Positions 42,908-53,479 of a DNA stretch of 64,000 nucleotides are shown here, in pieces. Source of the stretch: an uncultured Rivularia sp. (GTDB taxonomy: Bacteria; Cyanobacteriota; Cyanobacteriia; Cyanobacteriales; Nostocaceae). The stretch spans positions 2,848,001-2,912,000 of the forward strand of contig OY762007.1 of the NCBI GenBank assembly GCA_963665115.1. The letters are read 5' to 3'. The notes below the pieces were generated by a model. That model did no database searches. It saw only the letters and a program-made list of their open reading frames with translations, and was not told the DNA's origin. A program made the translations under genes and the position numbers. Position 1 is the first letter of the stretch; each line of letters opens with the position of its first letter.

Positions 42908-43798
42908 ATGATTGATTGGTTGAGATTACGGTTATATCGACATAATCGGCAATGCAATCGGCAGCGGAAGTCGCATTTGCTACTATCCGCTGCGATGATT
43001 TTATGTCTAACTTGTTTGTTCCTTAATGTTGGAACATCATCGGTATTTGCTGCATCGTTAAAAGAAATTCAGCAGCGTGGCTATATTAATATTGCAGTCA
43101 AAGAAAACTTTCCACCTTTAGCATTCCGAGACGAAAGCGGTAATCTACAAGGATTTGAAATCGAAATCGCGCAAAGGTTAGCACAAGACTTATTAGCTAA
43201 ACCAGACGCAGGTAATTCAGATAAATTAGATATAGATAAATTAGTTAAATTAAAACCCGTTACCAACTTAGAGCGACTCAAATTAGTTGAGAAAGGTAAA
43301 GTTGATTTAACAATTGCCAAAGTAACGGCAACTCCTTCAAGGGAACGCATCGTAAATTTCAGTATTCCTTACTACTTCGACGGCGGATTTATAGCAACAA
43401 AAGACACATCATTTCAAAAGCTAACTGACTTACAAAACAGTAAAATAGCCGTACTCAAAAACTCCAGCACCATTGCCCCGCTGAGATATTACCTCCCCGA
43501 AGCCGACTTAGTAGGAGTTGAATCTTACTTAGAAGGACAAAGACTTGTAGAGAACAATAGAGTATCAGCCTTCGCCGCCGATATAACTAGTTTAAGTAAC
43601 TGGATAAAGCAAAATCCTCAATATAGGTTGCTGCCAACAAAAATATCAACACAACCCTTGTCAGTAGTAATGCCCAAAGGATTGCAGTACGACGAACTAC
43701 GAAGACAAGTAAGCCAATTAATCGGTAGTTATTTACAAAGCGGGTGGTTAAAAGAACGCGCTGAATATTGGGGTTTGCCAATGAACAATTATCAATGA
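42908..43798 (+). CDS. Polar amino-acid ABC transporter substrate-binding protein (start uncertain)
   Basis: PPLAFRD..G.LQGFEIEIA and GKVDL...T.T..R..IVNFSIPYY. Confidence 0.85.
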   Translation: MIDWLRLRLYRHNRQCNRQRKSHLLLSAAMILCLTCLFLNVGTSSVFAASLKEIQQRGYINIAVKENFPPLAFRDESGNLQGFEIEIAQRLAQDLLAKPDAGNSDKLDIDKLVKLKPVTNLERLKLVEKGKVDLTIAKVTATPSRERIVNFSIPYYFDGGFIATKDTSFQKLTDLQNSKIAVLKNSSTIAPLRYYLPEADLVGVESYLEGQRLVENNRVSAFAADITSLSNWIKQNPQYRLLPTKISTQPLSVVMPKGLQYDELRRQVSQLIGSYLQSGWLKERAEYWGLPMNNYQ

Positions 43799-43992
43799 AC
43801 AATTATCAATAAACAATTATCAATCGCTGTTGCTTAAAAGTGAGCCGGTAAACGCAATTCAATCAAGCAGATTGATATATAAGCTTCTGGAAGTTTAGAT
43901 AAATTGATAAATCGTAATTTTTTTCCACTATAAATTCTAGTATCCTAATTAGTAGTCACTGATAATTGATAATTGATAATTGATAATTGACT

Positions 43993-44535
43993 ATGAATAA
44001 CGATTTAGCAACTATTTATCTATCTATTTTAGTCGGCATACTGTTCATCGCACTTATAGCCGTTTTCCGCCAAATATTTAAATCCCGCAAACAAGAAGGC
44101 TCTTTTTCCAAATTGCGTTCTAAATTGAAGAAAGAATCGGGTTCTGTTGGAGAATATTACCAATTAGGTGGTATCTATTCCCAGAAAAAACTTTATAGTC
44201 AAGCAGTTATCCTTTTCCAAAAAGCAATTAAATCAGCACAAGAGCAAGAAGAAACAGATGAGAAGACAGAAGATTATATTACCTTAACCTACAACGGTTT
44301 AGGTTTTGCTTACTTTGCTCAAGAACAATACGACTTAGCAATTCGTAATTACAAAGAAGCCTTAAAAAGACAGCCGGATTACGTAACAGCATTAAATAAT
44401 TTAGGTCACGCTTACGAACGTAAAAAGTTAAATGCTCAAGCTTTGGAAAATTACGAAAAAGCATTAGAAATTGATTCTAAAAATGCTGTGGCAAAACGTC
44501 GCGCTGAATCTTTGAGAAGATTGGTTGCGGCTTAA
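43993..44535 (+). CDS. ycf37: TPR protein, Ycf37-like photosystem I assembly factor
   Basis: N-terminal TM followed by three TPRs (YNGLGFAY, ALNNLGHAYE); lies near rplT. Confidence 0.75.
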   Translation: MNNDLATIYLSILVGILFIALIAVFRQIFKSRKQEGSFSKLRSKLKKESGSVGEYYQLGGIYSQKKLYSQAVILFQKAIKSAQEQEETDEKTEDYITLTYNGLGFAYFAQEQYDLAIRNYKEALKRQPDYVTALNNLGHAYERKKLNAQALENYEKALEIDSKNAVAKRRAESLRRLVAA

Positions 44536-44589
44536 GTTGGGGATTGGGGATTGGGCATTGGGCATTGGGCATCATTTCACCTCATCGCC

Positions 44590-44718
44590 GTCACCCTCGA
44601 AGGGTGCGGCTACACCTACGAAGCCCGCCTGCGCGGGCTTTAAGAAAAATTAGAATTTCATTTTAGCCCACGAAGGTGGGCTTTGCAATTGTAGCCCCAC
44701 CCTTTTAGGGTGAGGGCT
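44590..44718. repeat. Composite palindromic repeat (AGCCCACGAAGGTGGGCT family)
   Basis: Related units at 47294-47344 and 50097-50148. Confidence 0.7.
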
Positions 44719-44738
44719 GCGAGGATCTTGTTTAATAA

Positions 44739-45362
44739 TCAACCAATCAAATCAAGCCCTGGATTATATTTCTGAAAAATCGGTAGCATTTTTTCCTCAT
44801 CCCCATTTAGATAATCTTCTTCACCTAAATAATGGGCACCTGTTTCTAAATATTCAGCAAGAGTTTGCATCATTGTTGTCAAGCTTCGGAATATCATTTT
44901 CAAATCTAATTCACCGCTTATATCTATTATCGGTGAGTGTCGCTGTTGTTCTCCACTCAATAAAACAGCACAAAAATCACAATTAGAACGAAGAAATGGG
45001 AATAAATGTGTATCGCTGTAAATATCAACTTGGTTCGCGTCTAATAATTCAAAAATACTTGGTAAATCTTCATGTTCAAGAATATCAATCTCAACAATAC
45101 CCAAGTGATATTCTATCGCTTCATCTAAGGGCATATATACCATTGAAGGATAAACAACAGATTTTAAATCTTCACCATCTTCTACACCATTTCGCCAACG
45201 ATATAATTCATAAATTTCTTCAGGTAATTCTAATTCAACATTCACTAATTTTTCCCGAATTTCTGCATCACTCAAACCCGGTAGAAAAGACGCTGCATAA
45301 TCTGGTCTATTTTTCTCCAACCATTGCATGATTTGGTTAAGAGAATCAGTTAAAACCGACAT
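44739..45362 (-). CDS. SMI1/KNR4 (SUKH) family protein
   Basis: FLPGLSDAEI...LPEEIYELYRWRNG pattern. Confidence 0.82.
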   Translation of the reverse strand: MSVLTDSLNQIMQWLEKNRPDYAASFLPGLSDAEIREKLVNVELELPEEIYELYRWRNGVEDGEDLKSVVYPSMVYMPLDEAIEYHLGIVEIDILEHEDLPSIFELLDANQVDIYSDTHLFPFLRSNCDFCAVLLSGEQQRHSPIIDISGELDLKMIFRSLTTMMQTLAEYLETGAHYLGEEDYLNGDEEKMLPIFQKYNPGLDLIG

Positions 45363-45747
45363 GATTTTATTTGTAATGTTTGATTTGCAAGATTCAAAAA
45401 TTCTAACTCACAGTCTATTCGGTAAACTCACCCGAAAACTCTCTAAAACTTCTTCCCTCTGCGTTCTCCGCGTCTCTGCGGTTTAATAATCTTATTCCGG
45501 ACATGGTGGGTTACGGCATTATCAAAATGGTAATTAATGATCCAACATAGTAAAGCCGTAACACACCCCACAAGAAAAAGTCTTTAAAACCCCCAATTGT
45601 TAGGAAAATTAACCGTTAAATCAACTTCTATTAACTTCTCTGTTTCAAAACTACTTATTTTGGGACAATTGAGAACGTTGATAAATTAAAGCACTTATAG
45701 TCCAATCTTCGGACAAGTTTATTTTCTATAAAAAGGAGAACACAAAA

Positions 45748-47274
45748 ATGAAATTAGCTTACTGGATGTATGCTGGCCCCGCTCACATTGGTACTTTGCG
45801 GGTTGCTAGTTCTTTTAAGAACGTTCACGCTATTATGCACGCTCCGATTGGCGATGATTATTTTAATGTGATGCGATCGATGTTGGAACGGGAACGCAAT
45901 TTTACTCCAGTAACCACTAGCGTTGTTGACCGAAACGTTCTTGCTCGCGGTTCTCAAGAAAAGGTAGTGGATAACATTACCCGCAAAGACTCCGAGGAAC
46001 ATCCCGATTTAATCGTATTGACTCCGACTTGCACTTCCAGCATTTTGCAAGAAGATTTGGAGAATTTTGTGGAAAGGGCGCAAATGGATGCTAAATGCGA
46101 TGTGATGCTGGCTGATGTTAACCACTATCGCGTTAATGAGTTGGAAGCCGCTGACAGAACTTTGCATCAAGTTGTCAAATACTATATTGAAAAAGCTCGT
46201 AAAAAAGGCGAACTTCCAGAGGGAAAGACTGAAAAACCTTCTGTAAATATCATTGGTGTTTCAACACTCGGTTTTCATAACCTGCACGATTGCACCGAGT
46301 TGAAGAAATTGATGAACGATTTGGGAGTTGAAATAAACGCTGTAATCCCCGAAGGTGCTTCCGTTCACGAGTTGAAGAATTTACCCCGCGCTTGGTTTAA
46401 CTTGGTACCTTACCGCGAACTTGGGATGATGGCAGCCAAGTATTTAGAAGCCGAATTTGGAACGCCTTACGTTGATATTGCACCAATGGGTGTAGTAGAA
46501 ACTGCTCGCTGTATCCGTAAAATCCAGCAGGTAATTAATCAACAAGGTGCAGAAGTAGATTACGAAGAATTCATCAACGAACAGACTCTGCACGTATCTC
46601 AAGCCGCATGGTTTTCTCGTTCAATTGACTGTCAAAACTTAACAGGTAAAAAAGCCGTAGTATTTGGCGACAATACCCACGCAGCCGCAATTACCAAAAT
46701 TTTAGCCAGAGAAATGGGAATTCACGTAGTTTGGGCTGGCACTTACTGTAAATATGACCAAGAATGGTTCAGGGAGCAGGTTAGCGAATACTGCGACGAA
46801 GTACTGATTACCAACGATCATGGTGAAATTGGAGATGCGATCGCCAGAGTTGAACCTTCAGCAATTTTCGGTACCCAAATGGAGCGTCACGTAGGTAAAC
46901 GCTTGAATATTCCTTGCGGTGTAATAGCTGCACCGATTCACATTCAGAATTTCCCCATCGGTTATAAGCCTTTCATGGGCTATGAAGGAACCAACCAAAT
47001 CGCCGACTTAGTATATAATTCCTTTACTTTGGGAATGGAAGATCACCTATTAGAAATCTTCGGTGGACACGATACCAAAGAAGTAATTACCAAAGGAATA
47101 TCCGCCGAATCTGACTTAGGTTGGACAAAAGAAGGATTAGCAGAATTGAACAAAATTCCTGGATTTGTACGCGGTAAAGTCAAGCGAAACACTGAAAAAT
47201 TTGCAAGAGAAAAAGGTGTTAAAGATATTAACGTTGAGGTATTGTATGCAGCGAAAGAATCAGTTGGTGCTTAG
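45748..47274 (+). CDS. chlB: Light-independent protochlorophyllide reductase subunit B
   Basis: [23 protein letters not shown] and C-terminal [14 protein letters not shown]. Confidence 0.97.
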   Translation: MKLAYWMYAGPAHIGTLRVASSFKNVHAIMHAPIGDDYFNVMRSMLERERNFTPVTTSVVDRNVLARGSQEKVVDNITRKDSEEHPDLIVLTPTCTSSILQEDLENFVERAQMDAKCDVMLADVNHYRVNELEAADRTLHQVVKYYIEKARKKGELPEGKTEKPSVNIIGVSTLGFHNLHDCTELKKLMNDLGVEINAVIPEGASVHELKNLPRAWFNLVPYRELGMMAAKYLEAEFGTPYVDIAPMGVVETARCIRKIQQVINQQGAEVDYEEFINEQTLHVSQAAWFSRSIDCQNLTGKKAVVFGDNTHAAAITKILAREMGIHVVWAGTYCKYDQEWFREQVSEYCDEVLITNDHGEIGDAIARVEPSAIFGTQMERHVGKRLNIPCGVIAAPIHIQNFPIGYKPFMGYEGTNQIADLVYNSFTLGMEDHLLEIFGGHDTKEVITKGISAESDLGWTKEGLAELNKIPGFVRGKVKRNTEKFAREKGVKDINVEVLYAAKESVGA

Positions 47275-47578
47275 TTAATTGAAATTACACGCCCTCAGAC
47301 TATAAGTCTGGGGCTACACAAACAAAGCCCACCTCCGTGGGCTAAAAATATGGTTTTGAGTCCTCTTTAGAGGAATGAAGGCTATTAGACAGAGAGCAGC
47401 GCGTTGCGCGGGTTCCCCGCGTTGTAGCGACTGCGGAGGATTTGAATTGCTGGCGGATTTGAAAGCCCATTAATTATGCTAAAATTCTCTTAAAATAAGT
47501 TATTCGCGGCACAATTACCGCAACATCTCATGTTAACTAAAGTAAATTTAGTCACGAGCCAAGTAGCTCTGAAGGAGG

Positions 47579-48418
47579 ATGGCTCATGGTAATATTTCTC
47601 AAGCAACACAACCGTTAAAACTTGAAACTAACGCAGCTAAAATCAACGAAATCAAAAAGCTGCAAAATCATCGAACCTACCGCGATTCAACCAAACAATT
47701 CTATGTAGAAGGTGTCCGCAACTTTATTAGAATTGTCGATAATAAATTCGATATTTCCACCATCATTTATAGCGAGAAACTGCTGACATCTGTAATTGCT
47801 CGCAAACTAGTACGTCAAAATCGCCGCGCCGGGATACCCTGCCTCAACATTTCTCCAGAAAAATTTCGCACCATTTCCCATACAGAAAAAGCTTCCGGTG
47901 TCGGTGCAATTGTGCGTCAGCATTGGACAAAGTTGCATGAAATTCCCTTGCAAAAACGAACCTGCTGGATAATATTAGAAACAGTGCGATCGCCGGGAAA
48001 CCTCGGTACATTAATTCGCACCTGCGAAGCATTTGGGGGTGCTGGTTTTATTTTGTTAGGAAACAGCATCGATCCTTTTGATAATAATGTAGTGAGAGCT
48101 TCAATGGGTTCTATCTACAATCAACAATTTATCCGCACTGGTTACTCTAAATTACAAAAATGGTTGCAGCATCATAATTGTAATGCAATTGGTGCTTCTC
48201 CAGATGGTACAGTTGATTTTCATCATTTTAACTATCCTGTGACAACAATGATTTTTTTAGGAGAAGAAAGAAAAGGATTAACTCAACAACAAAGGAATTT
48301 GTGTAAACATCTCGTTCGTATTCCGACAGCACGAACAGTTGATTCTCTTAACTTAGCTGTTGCGGGAAGTTTGATGATGTACGAGATTTATAGAGCGCAA
48401 AATATAGTTAATTCCTAA
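47579..48418 (+). CDS. TrmH/SpoU family RNA methyltransferase
   Basis: SPGNLGTLIRT, RASMG, GEERKGL and SLNLAVA motifs. Confidence 0.92.
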   Translation: MAHGNISQATQPLKLETNAAKINEIKKLQNHRTYRDSTKQFYVEGVRNFIRIVDNKFDISTIIYSEKLLTSVIARKLVRQNRRAGIPCLNISPEKFRTISHTEKASGVGAIVRQHWTKLHEIPLQKRTCWIILETVRSPGNLGTLIRTCEAFGGAGFILLGNSIDPFDNNVVRASMGSIYNQQFIRTGYSKLQKWLQHHNCNAIGASPDGTVDFHHFNYPVTTMIFLGEERKGLTQQQRNLCKHLVRIPTARTVDSLNLAVAGSLMMYEIYRAQNIVNS

Positions 48419-48536
48419 CATTTTGCATCAATCTCCCTCTCCTTAATAAGGAGAGGGATGTCCGTAAGGGACAGGGTGAGGTTTAATATGTAGTGAACTC
48501 AACAGAAACGCCTAATACACGAAGTTTAAAATCCTC

Positions 48537-49136
48537 ATGCCTATTCTCAACGAGAATTATAACTATTCTTTTCGCTCTTACTTTGAATTATCCAACGATA
48601 CCGATGAAATTTTAGCTGAGTTTAACTACGCTTTCACTCGTAAACGTTTACAACTCCCTAAAACGAACCGCGAAATTGAAGGTTTAAACGAACTACGTAA
48701 CTCAATTGAAGAAACTATTCCTTATGTAACTCTTAGCAGCGAAGCAGCGAAACGAGAAATCTTAATCGCACCTGTTTTAAGTCGAGTTGCAGTAATTACC
48801 AAGCGACTTTTGAGAATTGAATATCCAGTAAAGGTAAATAACTTACTTCAAGGAAATCTTGATTATTTAATTCAATCTCAACACAGTTTAGTTGTCATTG
48901 AAGCCAAACGCGATGATTTAACAAAAGGCTTTACTCAACTTGCAGTAGAGATGATTGCAATGGCAACTTTAGAAAAATCACCAGATATAATTTACGGTGT
49001 TGTCACGATGGGTGATGTCTGGGTATTCGGTATTTTGGAACAAGCTTCACGTATGATTACACGGGATATTAGTTCTTATACTTTACCGGATGGTTTGGAA
49101 GAGATAGTCAAGATTTTGGTTGGTATTTTGGAGTAG
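48537..49136 (+). CDS. Conserved cyanobacterial protein with a putative PD-(D/E)xK fold
   Basis: SEAAKREILIAP, LDYL and VIEAK motifs. Confidence 0.6.
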   Translation: MPILNENYNYSFRSYFELSNDTDEILAEFNYAFTRKRLQLPKTNREIEGLNELRNSIEETIPYVTLSSEAAKREILIAPVLSRVAVITKRLLRIEYPVKVNNLLQGNLDYLIQSQHSLVVIEAKRDDLTKGFTQLAVEMIAMATLEKSPDIIYGVVTMGDVWVFGILEQASRMITRDISSYTLPDGLEEIVKILVGILE

Positions 49137-49189
49137 TTATCTTAATTTTTATCTTCTTCTAAATCAGTCAATAATATCGCGATAAATAA

Positions 49190-49570
49190 TTAGATTTTCT
49201 TTTTTATTACTTGCATCAATTGTTCTCTTTCTAAAAAAATATCTAAGTAATCAAAGTTTTCTTTCATCTGTAATAAAAACTCTAAAAGATATGATGCTGT
49301 AAAACTAATTTTTATTCTTTCATCTTCAACTAATAAAAGTAGCTTATTTATTAATATTTTTATTTCACCATGACCTCTCATACCACATAGTATTCTTAAT
49401 ATATTAGCAATTTGATGCTCGCTCATGCCAGATTCATCAATAATTCCAAATAAATAATCATATCCAGGTTTTCTGAATTGAAAAATTTCTTTTTCGACAT
49501 CATATGGTAATGTCTTACAATGAAGTTTTCTTCTTAATTTATTTAATCTATTTATTTCACTGTATTTCAT
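49190..49570 (-). CDS. AT-rich hypothetical protein (start taken at MKYSE)
   Basis: Open frame of about 126 codons just downstream of the thioesterase gene; no recognised motif. Confidence 0.5.
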   Translation of the reverse strand: MKYSEINRLNKLRRKLHCKTLPYDVEKEIFQFRKPGYDYLFGIIDESGMSEHQIANILRILCGMRGHGEIKILINKLLLLVEDERIKISFTASYLLEFLLQMKENFDYLDIFLEREQLMQVIKKKI

Positions 49571-49614
49571 TATTATCTCAATAGTGACTAAAAGAATATT
49601 TAATAATCCACAAA

Positions 49615-50061
49615 TCAACACATAGCCACATAAACCCCCGTAAAACTCCCCGCTTTCACTCCATCCCCAAAAACATCAACATTCAACTCAATTCTACTCT
49701 TCGACTTCCTTTCCAACATCTTGATAAACTTCTGCCAAACCTCCAACTCTGGAAACGGACAAACAGCAATAAAATCACCATCAATCGGCTGAAGATATTC
49801 TATAGAATTACGCTGAATCACAATTCTTGAAGACAAAGATAAAGCCTGCAAATTAGTATGAACTAAAGTCCATCCCGCAAGAATTGCCAAAGCCGAAACA
49901 CTACCACCAAAAACAGTCGAACGATGATTTATATTTGGGATCAAAGGTGCTGTTAACGTAATACCATTTTCATCAACTTGCTTAACCTTAACTTCCATAC
50001 TTTTAGACAGCGGAATATGTTCGTGAAGGTAGCTTTCAACTTCTGAAATACTAGGAAGCAT
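49615..50061 (-). CDS. YiiD C-terminal-like hot-dog thioesterase
   Basis: HIPLSKSM, APLIPNINHRSTVFGGS and IEYLQPI motifs. Confidence 0.88.
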   Translation of the reverse strand: MLPSISEVESYLHEHIPLSKSMEVKVKQVDENGITLTAPLIPNINHRSTVFGGSVSALAILAGWTLVHTNLQALSLSSRIVIQRNSIEYLQPIDGDFIAVCPFPELEVWQKFIKMLERKSKSRIELNVDVFGDGVKAGSFTGVYVAMC

Positions 50062-50248
50062 AATTTATATTAATTTACTTTAATCCACCAACTCAAGCCC
50101 ACGAAGGTGGGCTTTGTAACTTTAGCCCCAGCCTTCAAGGCTGAGGGCAATTTCGATTCAAATCTAATATTTTACGTAGCCTTAAGCTAACTTTGGTATT
50201 CTTAATAAAGCCGATTGCGGTAGTACAAAATACTATTAATCTAAATTC

Positions 50249-50971
50249 ATGTTCAACTACACAAATAAACTAATTCAAGGTTGGAAAGAAGAAGTATCTC
50301 CCCGATTATCTCCTTTACTATCGTTAATTTGGGTTGGAGGTTTTGCGATTGCAGCTTTTTGCGTATGGGGATTTTTTCAAATTGAAGAAAGAGTATTTTC
50401 AGAACAAACCACGGAGCTTGATACGGCAATTTTGCAAAGTATTTACGAACAACATACTCCTCTATTAAATCAAATTATGACCGGAATTACGTTTCTAGGT
50501 AATGGTTCAACGTTAATTTATATTAGCTGTATTGTAGGAATAATTTTGTTAGTTACTAAAAAATACGCTAGCGCTTTTACCTTAGTTATCGTCACATCTG
50601 GAGGTATCGGTTTAAACCTATGGTTAAAGAATATATTTGGAAGAGTGCGCCCAGCTTTGTGGGAAAGAATTGTAGATGCTACTAATTATAGTTTTCCTAG
50701 CGGACATGCAATGGTTTCTTTAGTTGTTTACGGTTTTATCGGTTATTTATTAATAGCTAACTTTCGTTCCTGGAGCAGTATAATTTTATTTTTCACCACT
50801 TTATTAATTTTAGCAATCGGCTTCAGTCGTCTTTATTTAGGAGTTCACTGGCCAACTGATATAATTGCTGGATATGCTGCTGGTTTAGTATGGTTAATTA
50901 GCTGTATTCTGAGCCTAGAAATTTTACAGTTTTTGTTTGCTAGGGGAAACCAGCAAACTATTAGCGATTGA
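50249..50971 (+). CDS. PAP2 family phosphatase
   Basis: K..FGRVRP, SFPSGHA and SRLYLGVHWPTD motifs. Confidence 0.93.
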   Translation: MFNYTNKLIQGWKEEVSPRLSPLLSLIWVGGFAIAAFCVWGFFQIEERVFSEQTTELDTAILQSIYEQHTPLLNQIMTGITFLGNGSTLIYISCIVGIILLVTKKYASAFTLVIVTSGGIGLNLWLKNIFGRVRPALWERIVDATNYSFPSGHAMVSLVVYGFIGYLLIANFRSWSSIILFFTTLLILAIGFSRLYLGVHWPTDIIAGYAAGLVWLISCILSLEILQFLFARGNQQTISD

Positions 50972-51013
50972 TTGCAAATAATAACTCTTTATCGCTGTTT
51001 TTTAATTGGAATG

Positions 51014-51376
51014 CTATGGCAAAGGTAAATAAACAATCATGTCTTGGTATTGGTTTTCTTCAGAAGCAAGAGCTATTAATATTAATTCCTCCAAATTTTC
51101 TCCTATACTTAAATTTGGGTTGAGAATAAAAATACCTGGTATATGACAATTTTTTGCTATATGCTCAGCTAGATGAACGGGCATAGATGTCCGGTTATTT
51201 GTTACCAATACAAAGTTATTGTCTTCACACCAGTCAAGAATTTCTGGATCTAAAGTGCCTTTGGGTGGGATGTTTAATTATCCCACCACTTTGACTATAA
51301 TATTTGGTTCTTTTTGTCTAATTTGTTTGGGATAAAGAGGATTTACATTTTCATCAATCAAGTATTTAAGATTCAT
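51014..51376 (-). pseudogene. DUF5615 PIN-like toxin with an in-frame TAA at 51278-51280
   Basis: MNLKYLIDENV...VVG*LNIPPKGTLDPEILDWCEDNNFVLVTNNR; overlaps the end of the DUF433 gene. Confidence 0.82.
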
Positions 51377-51713
51377 TAATTGATTTTTCAGCTTTTCTTT
51401 TTGCTCTTAATTGACGAAGTTTATCGGAAACAGGTGGGGGGTTGATTCTTTGTTCTTCCCTCATTCTATGACCGTGTTCGTGCCATTTTCTCATATATTG
51501 GCTGATGTTCTCTTGATTTTGTAAGTAATAAAGAATAGTCGCATAAACTTGCTCTAATCTCAAAGACGTGTAAATCTGGGCAATTTCTTCTGGGGTGCGA
51601 TTGCGATCGAGATATTCGTACAAAATAGTTTCAATACCAATCCTTGTTCCTTTAAGACGAATATCAGTAGGAGCAAGAAAGTTGAAATAATCTGTTAAAA
51701 CTTGGGTTGACAT
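51366..51713 (-). CDS. DUF433 antitoxin-like protein
   Basis: IRLKGTRIGIETIL...TPEEIA..Y..L.LEQVYATILYY. Confidence 0.9.
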   Translation of the reverse strand: MSTQVLTDYFNFLAPTDIRLKGTRIGIETILYEYLDRNRTPEEIAQIYTSLRLEQVYATILYYLQNQENISQYMRKWHEHGHRMREEQRINPPPVSDKLRQLRAKRKAEKSINES

Positions 51714-51739
51714 TATTTTTACATTAAAACATTAAACTA

Positions 51740-51827
51740 ATTCATAAATACTATTATAAAAAATTCTTTAACTAATTAGCGTAAGCAACCCCGATAACCA
51801 CGCTTTAGCATATATATCATATGTAAG
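51740..51827. repeat. Left copy of an imperfect direct repeat of about 85 bp
   Basis: attcataaatactattataaaaa...accccgat...catat; partner at 53393-53479. Confidence 0.85.
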
Positions 51828-52102
51828 TATTGCAACCCTCGCTTTTACCAAAGCCTTTGAAAAGACGATTGAAAGATTTACTGAAGCAACCTGCAATAAA
51901 ATTGACACCCTACGCAGGAAGATTTGGCATAAGTTAGGTATAAATGTAGTTGAGAGCCTCCTACTTCAGCGGGAAAATCAAAACGAGTGAGGGAATTTAT
52001 CACCTATGTAGTTCTGATTTTTCAAGTATTTTGGATATATAAAGATTTACGTGCTAAAACTTACTAAGTGATATCATTTAGTAGATTAAAGGACAATGAT
52101 AA

Positions 52103-52672
52103 ATGTCAAAAAAGAAACTACTTGGACTTCTAACAGGATTATTAACACTAGGAGGAGTTTCACCTGCTTTGGCGTATGGCGAATGGTGGTCAGGTGGGTT
52201 TGTGACTCCTAATCCCCTAAATTGGACTTATGACAGCGTAACGATGTCTACGAATTACCTCAATTCTTACGTTAAGCCAGCAGCTGGGCCTCAATGGAAT
52301 GGAGTAAGCTCCAAAGTTCAAATGGTTTTTGTAACAAGTGGTAGCTATCGGGTTAAGGCGCTTCTGGCGACTTCACCCGATCCGAATGCAACAGGCTTGT
52401 TTGAACCATATTGTGCAGGCGGTGTAGGCATCGTAAATTGCATTAATTCTACTTGGACTTCTGGTCGAGTGTATGCATATGAAAATGCTATGGCTGCTAG
52501 TGGTTATAACGCTACACAGAGAATTAGCAACTTTACCCATGAGTTCGGACACTCGCTATCAATGTCACACGTTACAGCATCAGGTATTAACGCAGTAATG
52601 CGCCAAGGTCGGCAAGCTCTTGGCACACAAAGCTATGACAAAGCGAATTTAAAAGGTAAATGGGGTCTCTAA
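52103..52672 (+). CDS. Secreted zinc metalloprotease, metzincin/matrixin-like
   Basis: Signal peptide, HEFGHSLSMSH (HExxHxxxxxH) and a Met-turn-like AVM. Confidence 0.85.
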   Translation: MSKKKLLGLLTGLLTLGGVSPALAYGEWWSGGFVTPNPLNWTYDSVTMSTNYLNSYVKPAAGPQWNGVSSKVQMVFVTSGSYRVKALLATSPDPNATGLFEPYCAGGVGIVNCINSTWTSGRVYAYENAMAASGYNATQRISNFTHEFGHSLSMSHVTASGINAVMRQGRQALGTQSYDKANLKGKWGL

Positions 52673-52679
52673 ATCAACC

Positions 52680-53321
52680 ATGAAGAAAAATTTTTTAATT
52701 GCTCTTATCCTCATTCCTGCCTTATCGGGGTTAGCGATCGTGGCTTCATTGCAAGTCCGTCCTAAGTCAATTGCAGGGACAAAACCTCAAGTTGATCGAG
52801 TTTCTTCCCAAGAAATGGAAACAATCAAAGGTTTGCCAGTTAAGCGTCTTCCTGGTTCAATCATTCCTATTGATGGACTTGATGATTTAATCGCCAAATC
52901 AGACCTCATTGTTATTGGGAAGACAGAAAAGTCTGTTGCTCAAGCACGATCAATCATTGGCAGGGATCACGAAGGATTTATTGCTACGGCTGTTTCAGAA
53001 GTCCCTTTTAAGGTGAACAAAGTCTTTAAGGGAGATCCAACCCTCAAAGAAATTCGTCTGGGACAGCAAGCGGCTGTAGTTGAAGAAAACGGGAAATCAT
53101 ACATTCGAGTGTTTGATGAATATACTCCATTAGAACCGGGCAAAAAATACGTATTGTTCCTTCGTAAAGGGATCGATACGGGTGAAGGATTGTATTTCCC
53201 AACTGGCGTAATGTATGGCAAATATAATGTCGATGGGGGTGACACAAGAGAAAATGCAGCATTTGATGACCCAACGTTTAAGGCTATCAAAAAAGCTGTG
53301 AAAGATCGGTTCAAAGAGTAA
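52680..53321 (+). CDS. Exported/membrane-anchored hypothetical protein, probable OB-fold partner of the protease
   Basis: N-terminal hydrophobic helix; LDDLIAKSDLIVIGK..FKVNKVFKG..GKKYVLFL; 7 bp after the protease gene. Confidence 0.7.
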   Translation: MKKNFLIALILIPALSGLAIVASLQVRPKSIAGTKPQVDRVSSQEMETIKGLPVKRLPGSIIPIDGLDDLIAKSDLIVIGKTEKSVAQARSIIGRDHEGFIATAVSEVPFKVNKVFKGDPTLKEIRLGQQAAVVEENGKSYIRVFDEYTPLEPGKKYVLFLRKGIDTGEGLYFPTGVMYGKYNVDGGDTRENAAFDDPTFKAIKKAVKDRFKE

Positions 53322-53392
53322 GATCCGGTCACGATACAATCGTAGTCGAAATAGAGTACGAAAGACAGCTGATAGTTACATTAGGTGTCTTT

Positions 53393-53479
53393 ATTCATAA
53401 ATACTATTATAAAAATTTTATTAACCTATTACCGCAACCGACCCCGATTACTATGCTTAAGCACATATATCATATAAAG
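53393..53479. repeat. Right copy of the direct repeat of about 85 bp
   Basis: Aligns nearly gap-free with 51740-51827; the first 23 nt are identical. Confidence 0.85.
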
